Source: an uncultured archaeon (GTDB lineage: Archaea; Iainarchaeota; Iainarchaeia; Iainarchaeales; CSSED10-239). From it: DNA of 6,976 nucleotides. The stretch's first letter is position 1. Each line of letters opens with the position of its first letter. Under the pieces are notes generated by a model. The model saw only the letters and a program-made list of their open reading frames with translations, was not told the DNA's origin and did no database searches. This document shows positions 1-5,548 of the stretch, piece after piece. The DNA lies in the NCBI GenBank assembly GCA_964586355.1, contig CAZPGO010000016.1, forward strand, positions 1 to 6,976, written 5' to 3'. The translations under genes were made by a program, and so were the position numbers.

Positions 1-213
1 AATCAAAAATTTTTAGATTTTATAGGATTATTTGAAAACATACAAGAAGATTTTAAAAATCTATGTAATAAAATTAATATAGAGTATAAACCATTGCCAA
101 TAATTAACAGCTCTAAAAGAAAAGATTATAAAGAATATTATGACGAAGAAACGATAAATATTGTTAAGGAAACTTACAAAGAAGAAATAGAATACTTTGA
201 TTTTAAATTTTAA
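1..213 (+). CDS. Sulfotransferase (Sulfotransfer_2-like), C-terminal fragment; the gene starts upstream of the window
   Basis: Frame 1 is open from base 1 to TAA at 211-213. It is absent from the ORF track because no start codon lies in the window. Translation: NQKFLDFIGLFENIQEDFKNLCNKINIEYKPLPIINSSKRKDYKEYYDEETINIVKETYKEEIEYFDFKF. From memory, the pattern FDFIG-x-FEN-x-QEDF, then N-x-S-K, then Y-x-EYYDEET and Y-x-x-(D/E)I-x-x-F is the C-terminal signature of bacterial and viral family-2 sulfotransferases. The PAPS-binding motifs would lie upstream, outside the window. Confidence 0.65.
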   Translation, partial: NQKFLDFIGLFENIQEDFKNLCNKINIEYKPLPIINSSKRKDYKEYYDEETINIVKETYKEEIEYFDFKF

Positions 214-225
214 AAAAGAAAAAAC

Positions 226-232
226 AAGGAGG
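226..232 (+). promoter_or_regulatory. Shine-Dalgarno site (AAGGAGG) for the CDS starting at 243
   Basis: A perfect AAGGAGG lies 10 nt upstream of ATG 243, inside the 29 nt spacer after the sulfotransferase stop. Confidence 0.75.
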
Positions 233-242
233 TTTTAAAAAA

Positions 243-1001
243 ATGAAAATACTAGCTTACTATACTCATGGGTTTTCAAATGAATTTTTACCCATACTAA
301 AACTATCAATAAGAAGCTTAAGAAAGTACAACAAGATAGACACCTTAGTATTATGTGATGAGCAATTTGAAAAAGATTGTAAAGCAATGGGAGGAATAGA
401 AACTTTAAGCTTAAAAAATTCAAAAAAACCCGAGGATGCTTCAATGCACAAACTATCTGTTTTTTCTTTTGAAGAAATAAAAAATTACGATAAAGTAATT
501 TTTATAGATAGCGACATAATAATAGATGTTAAATTAAATAAAATAATAGAAAAATGTTTAGATGAACAAAAACTATACGCTTGCTCAGAATCAAACGATA
601 TCTCTTTACACAGAAATTTATATTGGTCATTAGAAAACTACACAGAAAAAGAAATGGAATTTTTTAAAAAAAATAAAATTTATGTATTTAATGCAGGGTG
701 TTTTATATTTACTCCAAATAAAGAATTTAAAACACACTTTCAAGAAATAAAAAATATTATAAAAGAACATAAAGGAAGCTACTTTTATGAACAATCATTT
801 ATGAATTTTTATTTTAATAAAAAAAACTTAGTAGACTACTCTGTTTTAAATGAAAAAAACTATATATTGCATGCAAATGGAGATAAAAAATATAGAAATT
901 CAATAGTACACTTTTGTGGAAATCCTGGGGTTGCGGCAAAAAAGTTAGAAAGAATGAAAAAATATTTAAATGAAAACAAAAATAATAAGTTTTTATGCTG
1001 A
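243..1001 (+). CDS. GT-A fold glycosyltransferase, GT8-like (retaining LPS/glycogenin-type DxD transferase)
   Basis: 252 aa ORF with a strong SD. The DxD motif is in the typical beta-strand context VIFIDSDIII (D-S-D encoded at 507-515). Downstream are FNAGCFIF (GT8-like FN-x-G-hydrophobic) and IVHFCGNPG (GT8-like H-x-x-G). No TM segment. Confidence 0.65.
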   Translation: MKILAYYTHGFSNEFLPILKLSIRSLRKYNKIDTLVLCDEQFEKDCKAMGGIETLSLKNSKKPEDASMHKLSVFSFEEIKNYDKVIFIDSDIIIDVKLNKIIEKCLDEQKLYACSESNDISLHRNLYWSLENYTEKEMEFFKKNKIYVFNAGCFIFTPNKEFKTHFQEIKNIIKEHKGSYFYEQSFMNFYFNKKNLVDYSVLNEKNYILHANGDKKYRNSIVHFCGNPGVAAKKLERMKKYLNENKNNKFLC

Positions 1002-1602
1002 CATAGAAAATAGAAACTACTATAGCCTTTGTGGGCAAAAGCTAAAAGAATCTCTTGAAAAATTTAACATAGAACACGAGGTAGAAGAAATAAATTCATC
1101 TAACGACTATATGTTAAATTGCCTAAAAAAGCCAGGATTCATACTTAAAAAAATACTTGATTGTAAAAAACCTTTAATATGGGTTGACGTGGATACAGAT
1201 TTTAGATCTCCATTTGAAGATTTTGATAAAAATGATTGTGATATAGGGTTTTGTAGTGATACAGGGGATGTAGAGGGTGTAAAGGCCTCTCCAATATATT
1301 TTAATTATAACGAGAACGCTTTGCTTTTTTTAAATAAATGGAAAGAAGAATGCGAAAAGGCCGTAATAGAAAAAAAAACAGAATTAGATCACGATGTAAT
1401 AAAATACATACTATTGCCAGAATTTAATAACAAAATAAAAATAAAAATAATAACAGAAAATTTTATAGATTTTTATAACGGAAAATACATAAAGAGTAGA
1501 TTATCAAAAAATTTTGTAACAAAAAACTTAGCACACAAAAAAATAAAAGAAATAAATAGATACAGAAAAGGCTTAAGTAAAAAAGAATATAAAAGCTTAT
1601 AA
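970..1602 (+). CDS. Small DxD nucleotide-diphospho-sugar transferase (GT-A, Nucleotid_trans-like), copy 1
   Basis: 210 aa. ATG 970 overlaps the upstream gene by 32 nt, and there is no other in-frame ATG for about 47 codons. N-terminal strand IISFYAD, then KKPGFILKKIL, then PLIWVDVDTDF (D-V-D-T-D at 1186-1200), then IYFNYNENALLFLNKW. By eye this is the same architecture as the ORF at 2919-3581. Confidence 0.5.
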   Translation: MKTKIISFYADIENRNYYSLCGQKLKESLEKFNIEHEVEEINSSNDYMLNCLKKPGFILKKILDCKKPLIWVDVDTDFRSPFEDFDKNDCDIGFCSDTGDVEGVKASPIYFNYNENALLFLNKWKEECEKAVIEKKTELDHDVIKYILLPEFNNKIKIKIITENFIDFYNGKYIKSRLSKNFVTKNLAHKKIKEINRYRKGLSKKEYKSL

Positions 1603-1608
1603 AGAGGA
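1603..1608 (+). promoter_or_regulatory. Shine-Dalgarno site (AGAGGA) for the TTG start at 1613
   Basis: The GAGG core at 1604-1607 lies 5 nt before TTG 1613-1615, in the 10 nt spacer after TAA 1600-1602. Confidence 0.55.
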
Positions 1609-1612
1609 AAAA

Positions 1613-2308
1613 TTGTTTTACGAAAAAGAAAAACAAAAAGAAATATTAACCAAAAAACTACTCAATAAGGAGTTTTTTGCATTAAATAGATTTGGAGAAG
1701 GTGAAGTAAGAGTAATAATGAGCGGAGGAACAGGAGTATACTTGAGATGTATAGCAAAGTCATCTATAAGGGAATGGGAATATAATCCAAAAGAAGACAA
1801 ATACTTATACGAACAATTATGTGAAAGCTTTTATTATAAAGAAGAAAACTACATAAAAGCATCGGTTGGTGGTGGCAAAAAAAATCAAGAAGAGTTTGTA
1901 AAAAAAAGCCTCCCAAACGAAGAGTTATTTACTACAACATATTTTTATGGAGATGACTATTACAGTGATTTTTTCGAAACATACCTTCCTTTAATGCAAA
2001 AATATGAATCTATAAACTTTGTATGCTCTAAAATAGCAAACTATAAAAATGTAAATATAAATTTTAAAAATGTCTACAATAATTTTGAAATATCAAACGC
2101 ATGGAAGCAAAAAGAAGAAACTAAAAAAGTAATAGAAGAAATAAGTAAAACAAAAAATTCTGTATATATTTTTTCTGTAGGTTTTAATTCCAAAATAATG
2201 ATTAAAAAGCTTTTCCAGGAAAACAAAAGTAATGTGTATTATGACTTTGGTGCAAATTTAGACATAAAGCTATATGGAAGAAAAACAAGAGGGAAACACA
2301 TGCTATGA
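1613..2308 (+). CDS. Putative GT-D fold glycosyltransferase (DUF1792-like); TTG start
   Basis: 231 aa. The N-terminal motif LNRFGEGEVRVI (R-F-G-E-G-E at 1688-1705) resembles the R-x-G-D-G-E metal-binding (DxE) motif near the N-terminus of DUF1792/GT-D enzymes. This motif lies upstream of the first in-frame ATG (M36), which together with the SD supports the TTG start. The stop overlaps the next start as ATGA. Confidence 0.45.
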   Translation: MFYEKEKQKEILTKKLLNKEFFALNRFGEGEVRVIMSGGTGVYLRCIAKSSIREWEYNPKEDKYLYEQLCESFYYKEENYIKASVGGGKKNQEEFVKKSLPNEELFTTTYFYGDDYYSDFFETYLPLMQKYESINFVCSKIANYKNVNINFKNVYNNFEISNAWKQKEETKKVIEEISKTKNSVYIFSVGFNSKIMIKKLFQENKSNVYYDFGANLDIKLYGRKTRGKHML

Positions 2309-2928
2309 ATATTTTTGTAGAGTATTTTAACCATAAAAATAAAAGAAGAAAAAGCGAAATAGATAAAACTCTTATTACCAACATGAATTTTAATTATATA
2401 AATAAATTTTATGTATTCTCTAATAAAGAAGATTCAGAAGAAGTTAAAAAATTAAATTTTAATAAAAAAATAACAAACGTCATAACAGAAGAAAGATGTA
2501 CCTTTCAATATGTTTTTGACTTTGCAAACTCAGTTTGTGGAGAAGAAGAAATTAACATAACAATGAATAACGATATAATATTAAGTAAATCATTTAGTAA
2601 TGTTAGAATTCCCAAAGAATGCTTTTTTGCAATAAGCAGATGGGAAAACAGCAATAGTGTGCATCCATCTTGTTATAGAACTTGTGACTCTCAGGATTTA
2701 TGGATTTGGCAAGGACACAACAAAATAAAAAATTGTGATTTCTATTTCGGATTGCTTGGATGTGATAACAGGATTGTGTATATTGCAGAAGAATGTGGAT
2801 ACATAGTTAGAAATCCAGCATATAAATATAAATGCTATCATAACCATGCATCTAAAGTGAGAATAGGATCGAGTGACGCAAGTTTAAGATTAAAAGGCCC
2901 ATATAGAAAGGTTTGTCCATGTCACTAA
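2305..2928 (+). CDS. Hypothetical protein, Cys/His-rich; possibly a divergent GT-A-like transferase
   Basis: 207 aa, with a 4 nt ATGA overlap onto the upstream stop, which suggests translational coupling. It has 11 Cys and a C-terminal C-x-H-x-H then C-x-C-H arrangement (KCYHNH, then VCPCH). Other motifs are NNDIIL (at the position where a DxD would sit), SQDLWIW and GLLGCDNRIVY. I do not recognise the family. Confidence 0.55.
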   Translation: MNIFVEYFNHKNKRRKSEIDKTLITNMNFNYINKFYVFSNKEDSEEVKKLNFNKKITNVITEERCTFQYVFDFANSVCGEEEINITMNNDIILSKSFSNVRIPKECFFAISRWENSNSVHPSCYRTCDSQDLWIWQGHNKIKNCDFYFGLLGCDNRIVYIAEECGYIVRNPAYKYKCYHNHASKVRIGSSDASLRLKGPYRKVCPCH

Positions 2929-3581
2929 ATTTGTATACATTCTACACAGAGAGCCACAAGATTTTAATGGAAAAATACTTCATGCCTAGTTTTTATGAAA
3001 CAAATAAAAACTTGAATTTAAAAATCAAAAAATTTGAGCAAAAATGTTCTTCTGGAGAATACATGTCAAATGGCTGGTATGACATAATGATAAATAAAGT
3101 TGATTATATTTTAGAAAGTATAGAAGAAACTTGGGGAGGCATTTTTATACATGCAGATTGTGACATTGTTTTTTTTGATGAAATAGAAAAAGACATAATA
3201 AAACAATTGGGCGAAAATGACTTAGCAGCCCAAAATGATGGAAATACAATATGCTGTGGTTTTTTTGCATGCAAATCTAATGAAAAAACAAAAAAATTAT
3301 TCGAAAATGTAAAGTTAATTATGAATGAAAAATTCAATGATCAACAAGCAACAAATAAATTGGCAAAAAACTACATATCCTATGACTATCTAGATCAGAA
3401 ATACTACAGTATTTACAGAAACACAAAAAGAAAAGTTTGGGAAAAAGGAATGAATATAGATGAAAAAGAAATACCAAAAAATATGATAGTTTATCACGCA
3501 AATTGGACTGTTGGTATAGATAACAAAATAGAGCTTATAAAGAGAGTTAAAAAAATAATAGATGATAATAAACAAAAATAA
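2919..3581 (+). CDS. Small DxD nucleotide-diphospho-sugar transferase (Nucleotid_trans/PF03407-like), copy 2
   Basis: The ORF track starts at TTG 2913. I prefer ATG 2919 because GAAAGG at 2906-2911 sits 7 nt upstream of it. Motifs are GGIFIHADCDIVFF (D-C-D at 3156-3164), CCGFFACKSNEKTKKLF and NDQQATNKL (D-Q then N, as in Nucleotid_trans). It overlaps the upstream gene by 10 nt. Confidence 0.6.
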   Translation: MSLNLYTFYTESHKILMEKYFMPSFYETNKNLNLKIKKFEQKCSSGEYMSNGWYDIMINKVDYILESIEETWGGIFIHADCDIVFFDEIEKDIIKQLGENDLAAQNDGNTICCGFFACKSNEKTKKLFENVKLIMNEKFNDQQATNKLAKNYISYDYLDQKYYSIYRNTKRKVWEKGMNIDEKEIPKNMIVYHANWTVGIDNKIELIKRVKKIIDDNKQK

Positions 3582-4512
3582 AATAAAAAGTGAGATAGAA
3601 GAAAAAAGATCATATATTTCAAATGACTTATGTAAAAATCCACAACAGCTATACAACGAAATAAAATTTTTAGAGGATTGCTTAAAAACAGGACAAGTAA
3701 ATGTTCCAGAAGAATTTAAACCCAAAATAAATGTAACCTATCCACCAGAAAACTATGAAATATTCGAAGAATGGGTTTCAAATAACTACACTTCAAATTT
3801 TAATAGAAAATACTTGCCTATACATTGGACAAGTTATCACGTAAACAATAAATATGGAATAATAAAATCTGTAGTTAAGAGACTGCAAGAATTTGTAGAC
3901 AATTTGCCAAGAAATCAAACATACTGGACGATATGTCAATATGATGATGGGGTTTTAATAAATTTTAAAAATTTAGATGTTTTAGTCTTTCACATGAGCA
4001 AAAAAACAGGCGTTGAAATACCACTAGTTTGTATGCCGCACTCTTACAAAACAAAAGAAAAAAAAGACATATTTGCTTCATTTATAGGAAAAGAAACACA
4101 CCCTTTAAGAAAAGAAATTTTTAATATTAAAAATCCAAAATACTACATTTCTAAACAAAATCACAACATACAGAAATATTGCGAAATATTAGACAGATCG
4201 GTGTTTGGACTTTGCCCCAGAGGATATGGACTAAACAGCTTCAGAACATCAGAATGCATGCAATATGAAACAATTCCAGTCTATATTAGCGATGAATTTA
4301 TAGGAGTATTTGATGACAATTTCGAAGAATATGGAATTAAAATAAAAGCAAAAGATGCCAACAAAATAGAAAAAATATTGAACGACATATCTCAAGAAGA
4401 AATAGAAAATAAAAGAAAAAAAATAAAAGAGTATTATAATAAATATTATGTTTATGAAGGCTTAATAAATCAAATAAATGAAAAGCTAATCAATGATAAT
4501 AAAAAAAATTGA
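3562..4512 (+). CDS. Exostosin-like glycosyltransferase (GT47 family, GT-B fold)
   Basis: 316 aa. The C-terminal block FGLCPRGYGLNSFRTSECMQYETIPVYISDEF (about 4204-4293) matches the exostosin signature: hydrophobic-C-x-x-P-x-G, then S-x-R, then E, then G-x-IPV-hydrophobic-x-D. It is preceded by FASFIGKETHPLRKEIF (F-x-G, then R). The start overlaps the upstream gene by 20 nt. Confidence 0.75.
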   Translation: MIINKNKIKSEIEEKRSYISNDLCKNPQQLYNEIKFLEDCLKTGQVNVPEEFKPKINVTYPPENYEIFEEWVSNNYTSNFNRKYLPIHWTSYHVNNKYGIIKSVVKRLQEFVDNLPRNQTYWTICQYDDGVLINFKNLDVLVFHMSKKTGVEIPLVCMPHSYKTKEKKDIFASFIGKETHPLRKEIFNIKNPKYYISKQNHNIQKYCEILDRSVFGLCPRGYGLNSFRTSECMQYETIPVYISDEFIGVFDDNFEEYGIKIKAKDANKIEKILNDISQEEIENKRKKIKEYYNKYYVYEGLINQINEKLINDNKKN

Positions 4513-5113
4513 AAACAAAGTTAAAGACCCGAGATATAAACAAATATTAGACATATTAAAAAACACTCAAAATAATTGTATTGGTGTTGAAGTTGGGGTT
4601 TTAAATGGAGATTTATCCAACTTTCTATTAGAAAACTTTTTAAAAATTAAAAAATTATATCTAATAGATCCTTGGAAAAAATATGCAAAACATGAATATG
4701 TTGATTCTATTAATGATAAGTCTCAAAAAGAATATGATCAAATTTACTTATCAGTTAAACAAAAAATGTTAAGGCATGAAAAAAAGGTAGAGATATTAAG
4801 AGGAACATCTGGCGATGTTATCGATAAATTTCATGAACAAAGCCTGGACTTTGTTTACTTAGATGGCAACCATATGTATGAAAATGTTTTTAAAGATATT
4901 TCGTTGTGGTATCCCAAAATCAAAAAAAGCGGAATACTATTTGGAAACAATTTTATGGATGATGGCTATAAAGTCTGGGTAAAAGATGCATATGGAAACC
5001 CAACTTGCTACGGAGAATATTCGGTAAAGAGTGCAGTCAGGGTGTATTGCAAACAAAACGGACTTAAGTACAGAAGTCCAGGAAACAACCAATGGTATAT
5101 TGTCAAAATTTAG
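4493..5113 (+). CDS. Class I SAM-dependent methyltransferase (Methyltransf_24/TylF-like)
   Basis: 206 aa. Motif I is IGVEVGVLNGDLS (about 4586-4609), followed by the post-I acidic LYLIDPW, then DFVYLDGNHMYENV and GILFGNNF. This pattern is typical of the small sugar/macromolecule O-methyltransferases found next to glycosyltransferases. It ends in a double stop, TAG then TAA, at 5111-5116. Confidence 0.75.
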   Translation: MIIKKIENKVKDPRYKQILDILKNTQNNCIGVEVGVLNGDLSNFLLENFLKIKKLYLIDPWKKYAKHEYVDSINDKSQKEYDQIYLSVKQKMLRHEKKVEILRGTSGDVIDKFHEQSLDFVYLDGNHMYENVFKDISLWYPKIKKSGILFGNNFMDDGYKVWVKDAYGNPTCYGEYSVKSAVRVYCKQNGLKYRSPGNNQWYIVKI

Positions 5114-5259
5114 TAATGTTTTCTCCAATCGCTTCTACTGCCTTTTTTACCCTTTCTTCTTTTGATTTTTTCTTTTTTTGTTAATATTTTTGAAGCTCTA
5201 GGACCACTATAGTGACCGATTGACTTTGAACTTTTATATCCTCACCGCCAGAAAACCCA

Positions 5260-5278
5260 GTCCCTTTAGGGGCTTTTT
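5260..5278 (+). terminator. Weak candidate intrinsic terminator for the + operon
   Basis: GTCCC-TTTA-GGGGC forms a 5 bp stem including one G-U pair, with a 4 nt loop (5260-5273). TTTTT follows at 5274-5278. On the - strand the same stem would contain a C-A mismatch, so it fits the + direction better. The stem is short and lies 147 nt past the stop codon. Confidence 0.3.
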
Positions 5279-5299
5279 CCAATCTCCATAAGATATCAT

Positions 5300-5533
5300 T
5301 TAGTCATCCAAACTCTTAAAAGAATTTAAGCTTTTATTGGGGTTCACAATTAATTGTTCAAAAAGAGTTTTGGCCTTTGCTGAATTTAATTTTTTCCAAG
5401 CTTTTTTCCTTGTGCTAAGAGTGTAATCTTTGAAGACATCTCTTATGCCGCCAACTAAATCCATAAAACAATTTATTTTGTTGGTGTTATCTTTTTTTGC
5501 TTCATTTAAACAGTATTCTTTAAAAGTTTTCAT
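5300..5533 (-). CDS. Hypothetical small Lys-rich protein (77 aa)
   Basis: This ORF lies 15 nt downstream of the LamG gene on the same strand. I found no recognisable SD and no recognised domain. The sequence looks helical and basic (MKTFKEYCLNEAKK...). Coding status is moderately likely given the overall gene density. Confidence 0.45.
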   Translation of the reverse strand: MKTFKEYCLNEAKKDNTNKINCFMDLVGGIRDVFKDYTLSTRKKAWKKLNSAKAKTLFEQLIVNPNKSLNSFKSLDD

Positions 5534-5548
5534 AAAATTATATACGTA

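Noticed and set aside
2397-2404. A TATAAATA sequence, which matches the T4-type late promoter consensus.
   Set aside because: It lies inside a coding region. The next ATG (2411) is out of frame, and this octamer is expected by chance in DNA this AT-rich.
2913-2918. TTG 2913 as the start of the second small DxD transferase, as given in the ORF track.
   Set aside because: ATG 2919, two codons downstream, has GAAAGG 7 nt upstream, which is the better spacing. TTG 2913 remains possible, and the difference is only 2 aa.
235-5128. The - strand ORFs in the track that lie antisense to the + operon: 235-444, 266-451, 814-1038, 1618-1800, 2202-2384, 3104-3337, 3390-3725 and 4937-5128.
   Set aside because: All are fully nested in or overlap the motif-bearing + strand genes. 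Their translations are low-complexity and Phe/Leu/Ile/Ser-rich, which is typical of reading A-rich coding DNA backwards. They have no SD sites and no recognisable motifs. I treat them as shadow ORFs.
5205-5214. A perfect 10 nt palindrome, CACTATAGTG, in the spacer.
   Set aside because: It has no loop and its flanks do not extend the pairing. It is too short to call a protein-binding site or hairpin without comparative data.
5222-5231. GTTCAAAGTC on the - strand resembles a tRNA T-loop, raising the possibility of a tRNA in the spacer.
   Set aside because: The flanking bases cannot form a 5 bp T-stem (AAAAG versus TCAAT). I could not build an acceptor or anticodon stem either.
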